Source: a virus (Duplodnaviria; Caudoviricetes). From it: a DNA stretch of 37,607 bases. The stretch is taken from IMG/VR virus record IMGVR_UViG_3300010362_000053, positions 1-37,607 of that record; one strand, given 5' to 3'. The translations under genes were made by a program, and so were the position numbers. Positions 6,909 to 16,310 of the stretch are shown piece after piece. The notes under the pieces were generated by a model. It was not told the DNA's origin. It saw only the letters and a program-made list of their open reading frames with translations, and did no database searches. Within the stretch, counting starts at the first letter, position 1, and every line of letters starts with the position of its first letter.

Positions 6909-7151
6909 CGCCTTCTATGCAGGGCTTTTCTTACCGAGTGCGCCAGCGAACAATTTGGTCGCTCGGGTCAGCACACCTGCATCTTGATACCGCCAAATGA
7001 TACCCCGCCAGCTTCGATCGCCGCTGCCCCCGAAAGCCCTGAGTGCAGGTTTTGCCTTGGCTGTCGAGAGTGCCGCCACCATTGCTTGCGAGGTTCCTGC
7101 GTGCTGCGCAGGCGCAGGAGGACTGCTTGTAGAACTTGAAGTGTTACGCAA

Positions 7152-7727
7152 TCATGCCGGATGACGAGCCTCATTGGCATGCGTCATCACACTTGCTCTG
7201 AGCTTGGCAGCCGCCTTGCCAGCATCAGCTTCGTTCTCGTAGTAGCCAGCGCTGTAACGAACGCCCTTCACGCGAACTTCGGCCCGCCAGAGGCCCGAAT
7301 GGCGGTGGAACGAGACACCTCGATACTTCGAGCGCCCGTGCGCCGCAAGATTCTGCGACTGCTGCCTGGACGAGACGATCCGCAGATTTGAGCGCCGGTT
7401 ATCAAGCTTGTTGCCATCGATGTGATCGACCTCACGCGAGTCGCCGTACTCAAGACCCATGACGACGCGATGGACGAAGATGTTGATGTTCTTACCGTCC
7501 TGCCTCGCGTGACGCCAGGCATAGCCACCTCTGTTGAGTTGCCAGCGCCACTGACAGAGCAATGACAGCATATCCGCATCAACCAATGAGACAACACTAT
7601 TGGTAAGCATCAGATACGCAGCATTGGGGATTGCTGGCAAACGCTCAAGTCGTCGGCGCGCGATTGCCTCGCCAATTCCGTGCAGCGCTCTTGATCGCCC
7701 ACCAGGCAGTTGCACAAGTGCAGTCAT
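7152..7727 (-). CDS. HNH-AP2 homing endonuclease
   Basis: VHRVVM...VDHIDGNKLDNRRSNLR plus SKYRGVS...WRA....G......GYY..E..A AP2 domain; TAAAAT -10 located 6 nt before the ATG. Confidence 0.9.
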   Translation of the reverse strand: MTALVQLPGGRSRALHGIGEAIARRRLERLPAIPNAAYLMLTNSVVSLVDADMLSLLCQWRWQLNRGGYAWRHARQDGKNINIFVHRVVMGLEYGDSREVDHIDGNKLDNRRSNLRIVSSRQQSQNLAAHGRSKYRGVSFHRHSGLWRAEVRVKGVRYSAGYYENEADAGKAAAKLRASVMTHANEARHPA

Positions 7728-7754
7728 GGGCGCATTTTACCGCAGTACCGCTTG

Positions 7755-8060
7755 GGCGGGTTCCGTGGTTCCGTTTCTCAGCGTTCCACCATTGGTGGAA
7801 TGATTGCTGTCGGCTCAGCAGGATTGATGTCATCACTATTGATGTCACTATTACTGTCGATAAGCGTGAGTCGGGTGTGACGGTTCAGGCGCAGCTATTT
7901 CACGCTGGCTCGTTGGTAGCGACTACTCACTAACCTCGATATCCGGGTGATCCCAGCGACCTCTGCTGTCACGCTGCGGTTTGCGGAAGTGCAGGTGAAG
8001 TGTCACACCCGACTCGGAAACCTGCTACTGTGAACCGTCACAGTAACTTCGAGTGGCGTA
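7755..8060. other. candidate replication origin / repeat-rich control region
   Basis: 14-bp IR (7868-7881 / 8002-8015), 11-bp IR (7877-7887 / 8031-8041), many GTCAC motifs, GTTCC x3 and ATTGATGTCA x2, all upstream of the replication gene. Confidence 0.5.
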
Positions 8061-8152
8061 TTTTGGCTCCGCGTAGCCAAAAAGGAGGCCCCCGAGGTGG
8101 GATGAAGCCACCGCGAGGGCCGAAGCCACACCGGGCACAGGAGGTGCCCGAT

Positions 8153-8428
8153 ATGACCCACAACGAGACTACCGAACTGCCGACGCACGCGCCGCCACGT
8201 AGGCCGCGCACACGGACGCAACCCGTTCCCGCGCAGGAACACAAGATGCGCCCTATCGGCGCGACTGCGAACGGACCGACTGGTGATGACTGTTGTCACT
8301 GGTACAGAAGCACGACGCAGACGTTCTGCGGGATCATCCACGAACCGATCAAGGGCTTCCATCAGAAGCCGCCGTGCCCGAATGGCAACCCGCCGTGCTC
8401 GCGCTGCGTGGAGATTCACGATGATTGA
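8153..8428 (+). CDS. small Cys/His-rich (Zn-finger-like) protein
   Basis: CAGGAGGTG RBS before ATG 8153; CCH...FCG...CPNG..PC..C; overlaps the replication gene start. Confidence 0.65.
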   Translation: MTHNETTELPTHAPPRRPRTRTQPVPAQEHKMRPIGATANGPTGDDCCHWYRSTTQTFCGIIHEPIKGFHQKPPCPNGNPPCSRCVEIHDD

Positions 8429-9836
8429 TCCACGCGATATGCCTGATGAGGTGCGCAAGCTCTATGACGAGTACAACGGGCGTGCGAGTGAAACGCATCC
8501 TGACGGCTTCTTCTATGACTGCCCGGAATGCAAGGGTGCTGCCGTCTGCCGACTTGATCAGACGAAGCTCACCGACCGCTGGCTGACACATTGCCCGACT
8601 GAGGGTTGCAAGCACCACGGCGAGCAAGAGCATTGCGTGGTCGAAGTCGATGAGGATGAACTGGAACGGCGCAAGCATGACAGCAAGCGCTTCAAGCGCA
8701 ATCAGGATGACATTGCCGCTGAGGCACAGAGGTTTCTCACTCTTGCCACGCGGATGCGCGATCCCGAGAGTGACCACAGCGTTCTCCTTGACAACATTAT
8801 GGACATGCTGCGCAGGTACGTGTTCATCGGGCGCGAGGAAGCAATCATTACAACACTGTGGATCGCGCATACGCACTGTCTCCCGGCAGCACAGTTCACG
8901 CCGTACATCCATCTGCGCAGCGCGCTTCCCCGCGAGGGCAAGAGTGTTCTGCTTGAGCTAATGGAGTTCCTTGTCGCTCGCCCGCTCGTCGTGGGCGATC
9001 CGACACCTGCCGCGCTGGCCGAACAGACCACGCACCGCATCTACATGAGCGGCGAGGCTCCGACGATGCTGTGGGATGAGATCGATTCGGTGTTTGAGCG
9101 CCGCACCGAGTTGCGCGAATACCTCAATCTCGGCTTCAAGCGCGGTGCCGTCATCCGGCGCGCGAACAAGGATCGCTACGTGTGGGGACCGAAGATGATT
9201 GCGGGACTCACCAGTCTCACCGGCAAGCGTCTTGACACAATTCGGGATCGCTCATTCCGCTTCGATATGGTCGAAGCAATGCCCGACGAGCTTCCTCTCT
9301 CCATTGCTGACTACCGCACGGAGATTCAGCTTGAGGCAAACGAGATCAAGTATGCGCTCGGCGTGCTCGCCGAATACCACATCCCCTACCTCACCCACGT
9401 CAAGCCGGATATGCCCGACGATCTCGATCCCCGTGGGCGCGATATCTCTCGCCCGCTCATCGCCATTGCTGATCTTGCCGGTGGCAACTGGCCCGAACAA
9501 TCCCGCAATGCTGTTGTCACGATCAGGAGAAGGATGAACGAGAGCGAGCTTTCCAATGAGCGCCTGTTGCTGCTGCGCGACATCAGGCGCGCAATGGGGC
9601 TTATGCAGCGCATTCCCAGCGGCGAGCTTGTGCGCCGACTGAGTGCGATGCCGGAAAGCCCGTGGCAAACAATCACGCAGCGAAAGCTGGCACTACTGCT
9701 GCATGAGTTCTCCGAATATCCCGGGGGGCCACGAATTACGCCGCAACGTATGCGTGTCAAGAGTGAGCAGATGCGCGGCTATAACCGCACGCAGTTCCGC
9801 GATGTCTGGAAGCGCTACCTACCACGCTTGAAGTAG
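8421..9836 (+). CDS. replication protein: N-terminal Zn finger + P-loop ATPase + DUF3631-type wHTH
   Basis: CPECKG...CPTEGC; LWIAHTH...TPY...S..P..GKS; PT.AAL; WDEID; RPLIAIADLAGG.WP..R.A; LL.DIR...L...ESPW...RGY....F...W.RYL. ATG 8421 is the likely start. Confidence 0.85.
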   Translation: MIDPRDMPDEVRKLYDEYNGRASETHPDGFFYDCPECKGAAVCRLDQTKLTDRWLTHCPTEGCKHHGEQEHCVVEVDEDELERRKHDSKRFKRNQDDIAAEAQRFLTLATRMRDPESDHSVLLDNIMDMLRRYVFIGREEAIITTLWIAHTHCLPAAQFTPYIHLRSALPREGKSVLLELMEFLVARPLVVGDPTPAALAEQTTHRIYMSGEAPTMLWDEIDSVFERRTELREYLNLGFKRGAVIRRANKDRYVWGPKMIAGLTSLTGKRLDTIRDRSFRFDMVEAMPDELPLSIADYRTEIQLEANEIKYALGVLAEYHIPYLTHVKPDMPDDLDPRGRDISRPLIAIADLAGGNWPEQSRNAVVTIRRRMNESELSNERLLLLRDIRRAMGLMQRIPSGELVRRLSAMPESPWQTITQRKLALLLHEFSEYPGGPRITPQRMRVKSEQMRGYNRTQFRDVWKRYLPRLK

Positions 9837-9906
9837 ACAGTCCTGAACCGACTATGCCGCCCGCAAACCTATAAAGCCTTCCGTCAACTTTGCCGATAAC
9901 ACTCCT

Positions 9907-10638
9907 ATGATCAAACCTATCATCAGCGCCGTCCTCATCGTCGGCGCGCTCACCATCAGTACTGCGCCCGCCACTGCTGCGAACCCCGCTCCCACAAGCT
10001 CCTATACCTGCGGCGATGGCATCGACAACGACGGTGACGGCGGCATCGATTATGCCGACTGGGATGCCAAGGGTCCGCAGCCGTACGACTCCGTGAACGG
10101 CTGTGACAAGATTGGACCTGAATCAAGTTGTCTTGATGGCATCGACAACGATGCAGACAACAAAGTGGATATGAACGATGTAGAGGTGCGTAACGGATCT
10201 CCCATCAAGTGCGATGTCTACTTCAATGCTGACGGCGGTTCATGCGGCGATGGCATCGATCATGACGGCGACGGTTTCACGGATCACGCCGACGAGGACT
10301 ACACAACTCGCTACTGGTCCTCCTACACGTACAGCCCCGGTGGCAGATGGATTGAAGTGCCAGAGTGCGACAACTATGCTTCCATCTACCCGGAGCCTCA
10401 GACCGCGCCGGTAGCACAGCCAGCACCATCCATCACCCGAGGCATCGCGATCAGTCAGGCGCGGAAGTACCTCAGCCGTCGTTTCAAATCCTACCGGCAT
10501 GGCACCGCACGCAAGCTCCAAACGGTGCGCATCAGCACGACAAAGATGCGTGTGCAGGCAAGCTGGCGATACCGCGCTCAGGGTCATCGTAAGACGCTAC
10601 TAGTGACGAACACTGACCACGGCTACACGGTTCGCTGA
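9907..10638 (+). CDS. secreted protein with CxDGIDNDGDG (Ca/metal-binding-type) repeats
   Basis: Signal peptide ending ATA-A, three CxDGID(N/H)D.D repeats, basic C-terminal domain. Confidence 0.8.
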   Translation: MIKPIISAVLIVGALTISTAPATAANPAPTSSYTCGDGIDNDGDGGIDYADWDAKGPQPYDSVNGCDKIGPESSCLDGIDNDADNKVDMNDVEVRNGSPIKCDVYFNADGGSCGDGIDHDGDGFTDHADEDYTTRYWSSYTYSPGGRWIEVPECDNYASIYPEPQTAPVAQPAPSITRGIAISQARKYLSRRFKSYRHGTARKLQTVRISTTKMRVQASWRYRAQGHRKTLLVTNTDHGYTVR

Positions 10639-10640
10639 CA

Positions 10641-10865
10641 ATGGCTCGCTGCATCAAATGCGGTCGGAGAATCGACGGCGGCATCGGTGCCGACGAGATC
10701 TGCCAAAAGTGCTGGGATAAGCACAAGCACCACGTCACCATCGGTGTGACCTATCACAAGCACCAATGGTTCTGCCAGTGCGGTGCTCGCGGCCTTCGGA
10801 CAACTCACGCACAAGCCGTGATGGGTGGCCGGTTCCACGAATGGAAGCACAACCGGTCGTCGTAA
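10641..10865 (+). CDS. small Zn-finger protein
   Basis: CIKC...CQKC...CQCG...H motifs; starts 2 nt after the upstream stop. Confidence 0.65.
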   Translation: MARCIKCGRRIDGGIGADEICQKCWDKHKHHVTIGVTYHKHQWFCQCGARGLRTTHAQAVMGGRFHEWKHNRSS

Positions 10866-10877
10866 GTAGTAGTTACA

Positions 10878-10920
10878 GAAGCCCCGGAAGCGAGCCAAAG
10901 GAACTCACAACCGGGGCTTC
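10878..10920. terminator. hairpin between convergent transcription units
   Basis: Perfect 10-bp IR GAAGCCCCGG / CCGGGGCTTC. Confidence 0.55.
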
Positions 10921-11024
10921 CGTCTGCGCACCCGGAGCGCCAGGACCGTAGGGCGGCGAGTCCGTACGATCCGGCGCTCAAGACGGGCCTTGGGCCATAC
11001 TCCCGACGAGCTAGCCCAAGCTTC

Positions 11025-11405
11025 TCAATCGAGGATGCAGGTATAGATCGATGTCTGTCCGCCAGGATGGTTGATTACGAGCTTGCCGAATGTCGAGCCG
11101 GTCGGGCACGTCGTACCGCCTGGTGGTCCCTGCGGGCCTTGATCGCCCTTGGGGCCAGTCGGTCCGACAGCGCCAGCCGGTCCCGTGTCTCCGGTAGCAC
11201 CCTTGTCGCCAGTATCGCCCTTTGCACCAGCCGGACCAGCAGGACCGATTGGGCCGGGATCGCCCTTCTCGCCCGTACCGACATCAATCGTGACAGTCTT
11301 TGTCGGCTCTTGTGTCTGAGCGATCACGGCGGCTGTACCCAATCCACCTGCTGCCGTGAACCCTACGGCTCCGAGTACCGCGAGCACGGTGCTACTGCGC
11401 ATCAC
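11025..11405 (-). CDS. membrane-anchored/secreted collagen-like protein
   Basis: Hydrophobic N-terminus, about 18 Gly-X-Y triplets, C-terminal C...C pair. Confidence 0.8.
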   Translation of the reverse strand: MMRSSTVLAVLGAVGFTAAGGLGTAAVIAQTQEPTKTVTIDVGTGEKGDPGPIGPAGPAGAKGDTGDKGATGDTGPAGAVGPTGPKGDQGPQGPPGGTTCPTGSTFGKLVINHPGGQTSIYTCILD

Positions 11406-11604
11406 GCATCCTGATTTCGTGTAGTTCGGCAGCCATCTTCTCTGAGTCGGCGCGACACTCCTTTAGCCGGGTCAGACAAGTTTGATGTTCTTCGCCATAG
11501 TTCTTGCGCAGCGCGAAGATCGTACTGGTGATACCGCCCATCGCAGAGATAATGGCAGCGATGCCAAGAAGAGTCGCCCCGGTATCGACAGCAAGAATCA
11601 ACAC
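11392..11604 (-). CDS. holin-like small membrane protein
   Basis: One TM helix plus a coiled coil; lysis-cassette position after the tail genes. Confidence 0.5.
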   Translation of the reverse strand: MLILAVDTGATLLGIAAIISAMGGITSTIFALRKNYGEEHQTCLTRLKECRADSEKMAAELHEIRMRDAQ

Positions 11605-11636
11605 TCACTACGACTCCTGCTCCATATTAGTCACCA

Positions 11637-14231
11637 TTACGAGAACCCCAGGCTGACGATCGCCACCCCAAGACGTTCGAGCAGCGCATCAAGACCTTCC
11701 GGTGGCGCATCAAGATCCAGCGAGGCAGTGCGGGTGGACACGTCGTGATCAACCTTGACAATGCGCCGATAGCTTGTATCGCTGGCGTCGGTGAACGAGA
11801 TCAAGTCACCCGCACGAATGCGCCAATAGGGATGCACCGTGCCGCGATCATCCGTAACATAACCAACGATCCGCGCACGCCCTGAGCGGTCAAGCAGCTT
11901 CTGCTCTTCAAGAAACCGCCGCCCGACTTCGATGGCGGCAGCAGGAGTACTTACTCCCATCGTGAGCTTGCTACGCCTAATGATGCCAAGCTTGTTGGCA
12001 GGATTCTCAGGATCAGTGTCCTTCAATAGTGCTGACTCTGTATCGGCTAGCGAGCCCGGAGGACCGACTGTCTTCGGAGATCCGTCAACATCAGCAAATT
12101 GCACAACGACACTCTCCCACAGGCGATCAACCTGCGGGCCTGTCTCCTCTAGCTGAGCAGGAGCAATGCGCGCTCGCCACCGCCGCCCGCGCGTGTTGCG
12201 CTCATACCACTGAAACTCACGGCCCTCCCATACGCCCCAATCAGCAAGGTTGAAGCGCGTCGCCTGGCGCACAATCTCCGTGACCGTAGTGGACTCTACG
12301 AATGCCATCTGCGGGATGACGAAGCTTGACTGCTGAATTGACTCATCACCGATGACAAGCATTGGTGCGTACTTGGCGACTGCGTGAGCAATGATGTCAC
12401 TGGCATAGAAGCCCTGCGCCTGTGTGGCGCTTGCCGTACCGCGCTTCGTCAGATTGTGCGCGCCATAGACCGCGAGGCACGTCCAATAGACCGGGTACTC
12501 GGTGCTCTGATGGCCCGTAGAAGCAGCCGCGTAATACTGTTGAAGCGTCGCGTATTCCGTACGTACGTCGCCATTGTAAACCAGTGTGCCAGAGCCAGGA
12601 CCGGCAGCCCGCAGGTTGCCCGAATTGCCAGCAATCCCAACAAGCACATCATCAATCGTGAGCAGCACTTCCCACGCCCAGTTGCCATCAGCAGGCACGA
12701 TGGTTGAGCCGATCTTCCAGGCGTAGTAAACCGAGCCAATAGTGATGCCAGCGCTTCGGTAGAGCGCGGCGCTGAGCGGTTTGGCCGACCAGTCGCCATT
12801 GACCATCGACTGCAACACCGGTCGGCCAGTGGTGTCATCTGGCACCACCGATGTAGGGAAGCTCGGAGCATAGCCAGCCGCAAGCAGATTCAGTCGGCGC
12901 TGCGCACTCTGCTCGCCCCACCGGGACAGGTCGATGTCAACGTAGATCTCTTTGACATCCTTATTGTCGTCAAGATGCGCCTGCCAGCCGACCGCACTCG
13001 GAGACACAGCCATCTGATCGCCGCTCGTTCGTGGTGTCCGCTCAAGCCGGTACTCACCCGCGATATCACCACCAGACCCAAGAATGCGTAGTGTTGACAG
13101 TCGCTCAAGATCAGCCGTGATACCGGCTGGACCGGGGTTGCGCGCAAGTACGCAGTCCATCGACTCGAAGCCACCGGGCATCGTGGAGCTAAAACGCAGG
13201 CCGGTTGGCGCATTTTGAGGATCAGGTTCATCTGACCCCCATCGGTAGTGCCGACCGTTAGGAACAATCGCGTCAACGTGCAGGCGCAAGGGCGGGTATT
13301 GACGGAGTTGACTCCACCCACCAGGCACAGCAAGGAGATCCGAGAGAGAGCCGCTTACACCAATGCTGCCAGATGGCAAGTCGCTATAGATGACCGGCAA
13401 CCCAGCGTTCTCCACCACCGAGCCAGTCCACGCAATCCGGCCCGATGGCGAATCGCGATACGTCGGAGCCCACGATTCCATGCGCGTGCCGCTGAGGACA
13501 AGACTCCCGCTCGGAGAGTCTGCATAAATCTTCTTGCCAACTCCGGCGTTGTAGTGATCGAGCACTTGCGCCGGGGTCAATGCAACATTATAGATCGCAA
13601 CTTCATCGACGGTGCCGTTGAACGGCTCAACTGAGGCAGACACCGCACCGACCGCGATTGACTGAGCAGTGCCGGAACGCAAATTGGCATTCGGCGTGCG
13701 GTTTGGCGTCCCCAATGAAACACCGTTGACATACAGCTTGATCACGCCAGCAGCGTTATACGTACCGACGACGTGATAGACCTGCCCCGCGCCTCCCGAT
13801 GTTGGAGGCCCACCGCCGCCACTCAGATCGATATACGTGTCAGTTGTATTGGCATCACGCGTGTACCACCGAAAGGCATTCCCCGACGTGATCTCTAGGA
13901 ACCAGTTGGTAGAAGCCGACGACCGAGCGATAATCTTCTGACTAACCCCAGGAAGAGCGCTTGCCTTCATCCAGCACTCAAGGGTCATCTGCGCGCCTGT
14001 GTCATATGCAGCGTTGGAGGGAACAGAAATATAGTTGCCCGCCGTGCCAGGGAAGCCCGCAGCAGTATCAGCGTCGTTGGTCAGCAGGCCGGTGGCATCG
14101 CGAGTGACACTGCCGTTGTACGTACCGTTGACAAGCCCCTTCTCATCGGTCGCCGCGCCCGACGTATCAGACAGCCGCCAGTACGAGATCAGGCCCGACG
14201 TAGCGAGAATCAGATCGCTGTAGAGCGACAC
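11637..14231 (-). CDS. tail tip/Tal-like hub protein with N-terminal LamG (concanavalin-like) domain
   Basis: LISYWRL...TLECW...HVVGTY...LYVNG...FNGTVDEVAIYNVALT LamG motif, then LRFSSTMPGGF...IRAGDLI hub region; follows Dit. Confidence 0.8.
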   Translation of the reverse strand: MSLYSDLILATSGLISYWRLSDTSGAATDEKGLVNGTYNGSVTRDATGLLTNDADTAAGFPGTAGNYISVPSNAAYDTGAQMTLECWMKASALPGVSQKIIARSSASTNWFLEITSGNAFRWYTRDANTTDTYIDLSGGGGPPTSGGAGQVYHVVGTYNAAGVIKLYVNGVSLGTPNRTPNANLRSGTAQSIAVGAVSASVEPFNGTVDEVAIYNVALTPAQVLDHYNAGVGKKIYADSPSGSLVLSGTRMESWAPTYRDSPSGRIAWTGSVVENAGLPVIYSDLPSGSIGVSGSLSDLLAVPGGWSQLRQYPPLRLHVDAIVPNGRHYRWGSDEPDPQNAPTGLRFSSTMPGGFESMDCVLARNPGPAGITADLERLSTLRILGSGGDIAGEYRLERTPRTSGDQMAVSPSAVGWQAHLDDNKDVKEIYVDIDLSRWGEQSAQRRLNLLAAGYAPSFPTSVVPDDTTGRPVLQSMVNGDWSAKPLSAALYRSAGITIGSVYYAWKIGSTIVPADGNWAWEVLLTIDDVLVGIAGNSGNLRAAGPGSGTLVYNGDVRTEYATLQQYYAAASTGHQSTEYPVYWTCLAVYGAHNLTKRGTASATQAQGFYASDIIAHAVAKYAPMLVIGDESIQQSSFVIPQMAFVESTTVTEIVRQATRFNLADWGVWEGREFQWYERNTRGRRWRARIAPAQLEETGPQVDRLWESVVVQFADVDGSPKTVGPPGSLADTESALLKDTDPENPANKLGIIRRSKLTMGVSTPAAAIEVGRRFLEEQKLLDRSGRARIVGYVTDDRGTVHPYWRIRAGDLISFTDASDTSYRRIVKVDHDVSTRTASLDLDAPPEGLDALLERLGVAIVSLGFS

Positions 14232-14234
14232 GGC

Positions 14235-16301
14235 CTACGCCTCAGGCACAATCAAGTATGTTGGCCGGTACCGCACCTGAGCAGTCACGCGCGGGTAGCG
14301 CGATGTATCAGGAGCCTGCTCGAAATTACCCTCGCTGACCTTGAGCAATAGCTCCGTTGAGCGCCCTTCCAGTCCAGCAGGCGGCAAACGCGGCAAGTCA
14401 CCAATGACGGTGCTGACCGGACCAAAGTTGCTGCCGCCGATTGCCTCACGGAACATACCGTCATGACGCAATTCAGCCGACCGCAACGGGTAGAGGATCG
14501 CATCGACATCCGGCACCCACGCCGCAAAGTTGTCAAACAAGAATGGCGTCGCGTTGGGATTGGTTGAGGTCTGCGAATTGCCGACGCCAACCTTTCCCGA
14601 CGCCAATGCTCCGCCAGTTGCGAGCGCAGCATACGGAGCCGCTGTCAACTTCGGAGTTGCTCCGGGCTCTGAGCCTTGCGGATACAACCACACAGCGACG
14701 CTGCCATCTATCAGCACTACTGCGCGAAGAGTCCACAATGCCTCAGCGACGAACGGAACACCAACTGTATTCAGCGATGTCGGTGCTCCTCCAACCACAG
14801 CCGTGATATTCAGCATATAGGCGCCCGGAACATTGTAGACCACTGCGTATGCGTAATTGGCACTATCGACATAGCGAAAGATGACGTGCGCGGCCTGATT
14901 GCCACCGCCGTATTTCGCTGAAACGTAGAAGAAGAGGTCCGCTTGGACCGCGACTGTTGTCAATACTGGCGTTCCGGCGTAAATGGTCCGCGCGGGCAAG
15001 TAGCCATTGGGTAGCGCAATACCAGTGTCGGAGATCCCGGTTCGTTGAATGCGCGAACTGCTTCCACTCACCGCGTCGAACTTGAAATCTGTTGCTGATC
15101 CACCGCCTGTCCACACGCCGCCTACCGGCAACGCCGCAGCAGTAACATTCGTGCCGACTGTGTGACCATCAAAGCCGTCAAGCGCCGAGTAGCCGGTCGC
15201 ACCAACGCCAATCGCCGCGCCTACAGAGAGCCTGCCCGCGCCCTCATCGACCGGCTGAAACCAAAGACGGTCAATATAGATGTCAGGTGCATTGGCTCCT
15301 CGGACTTGCACTACACCTTGCCAGCGATGTACCCCAACCGGCGGCTGCACCAAGCGAACCTCGCCCAAGTCCACCATGAGGAACCCAGCGCCCAGCAAGA
15401 CGCTCGGATTCTCGACCGGCATCACAAGATCACCTACGTCCCAAACCAATCTGACAGAAACATCCGGCGTAGCTACAGCCGCGACATAGATGCGCGCCCA
15501 GACATGGTACGTACCAACATGCGTTAGGGAACCAACTCCTGCCAAGTCCGTTGTCAGGACAGCTAGCCAGTTGCCAGTGAGGGCAGTACCAGGCACTTTG
15601 ACTGCCATGCCACCAGAGGACGTACTGTCACTAGCAGTGACGGCTGGCGAGATCACCGTCAGCGCCTCAGCTTCATATGCGAGCCGTGCTGTTGCCGCGT
15701 TGGAATAGGTGCGGCTGCGCATACCCCACATCAACCCGCGTAGCGTTTTGCTATCCGGCTCAGTGAGGACAATCCGAGTTCTAGCTGAATGGTCGCCCTT
15801 GACACCACTGATGACCGTGATCAATTCTGCCGCTGTCGCTCCTTGAGTGACTGTGGTGCCAACTATCTCATTTGCGTACCAATCCGGCAGCGCAATGACA
15901 GTCAGCACAGCATCAGCGTCGATGCCCCAGAGCGCCTGCGCTGTGCTACCTCCGAACTTTAGCGTCGCGCTAGTGATGTCCGCATAGAGCGAACCGATGC
16001 TCGTCTGACGCTTGATCCAGCCGCCCTCGCGTTGAAACAATGCTGTCTTCTGCTGGATCTTGGCTCGAACCTGCTCAAAAGTTAGACCCGTACCACGATC
16101 TGTAAGCAGTAGTGGGATCGTAATCGTGCGGCTCGGAACGCGATAGTCCACCGGAAGCTGCCCCTCCTGCACATCAGCGAGGTACTGCTCAATCGCCGCC
16201 TCACCAAAGTCAGGCCCGGATTCTGCCACGTAAGGAGTGATGTCAAAAGACGTACGCGCAACAGCAACTTCAACAGGGTCAAGTATGAGTGTTTCAGCCA
16301 T
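14235..16301 (-). CDS. distal tail protein (evolved Dit with carbohydrate-binding-like inserts)
   Basis: Directly after the tape measure gene; RTITIPLLL N-terminal motif; ends V.YRPTYL. Confidence 0.7.
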   Translation of the reverse strand: MAETLILDPVEVAVARTSFDITPYVAESGPDFGEAAIEQYLADVQEGQLPVDYRVPSRTITIPLLLTDRGTGLTFEQVRAKIQQKTALFQREGGWIKRQTSIGSLYADITSATLKFGGSTAQALWGIDADAVLTVIALPDWYANEIVGTTVTQGATAAELITVISGVKGDHSARTRIVLTEPDSKTLRGLMWGMRSRTYSNAATARLAYEAEALTVISPAVTASDSTSSGGMAVKVPGTALTGNWLAVLTTDLAGVGSLTHVGTYHVWARIYVAAVATPDVSVRLVWDVGDLVMPVENPSVLLGAGFLMVDLGEVRLVQPPVGVHRWQGVVQVRGANAPDIYIDRLWFQPVDEGAGRLSVGAAIGVGATGYSALDGFDGHTVGTNVTAAALPVGGVWTGGGSATDFKFDAVSGSSSRIQRTGISDTGIALPNGYLPARTIYAGTPVLTTVAVQADLFFYVSAKYGGGNQAAHVIFRYVDSANYAYAVVYNVPGAYMLNITAVVGGAPTSLNTVGVPFVAEALWTLRAVVLIDGSVAVWLYPQGSEPGATPKLTAAPYAALATGGALASGKVGVGNSQTSTNPNATPFLFDNFAAWVPDVDAILYPLRSAELRHDGMFREAIGGSNFGPVSTVIGDLPRLPPAGLEGRSTELLLKVSEGNFEQAPDTSRYPRVTAQVRYRPTYLIVPEA

Positions 16302-16310
16302 CGATCCTCC

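Larger units (their letters stand above)
6726..7006. other. attP region with integrase arm-type repeats
   Basis: TTGATACCGC x2 (6726-6735, 6738-6747) and TTGATACCGCC/TGATACCCC (6984-6994, 6998-7006) flank a non-coding stretch upstream of int. Confidence 0.7.

Noticed and set aside
7031-7043. 13-mer CGAAAGCCCTGAG shared with 3390-3402
   Set aside because: Several 13-mer matches are expected by chance in 37 kb; no further similarity.
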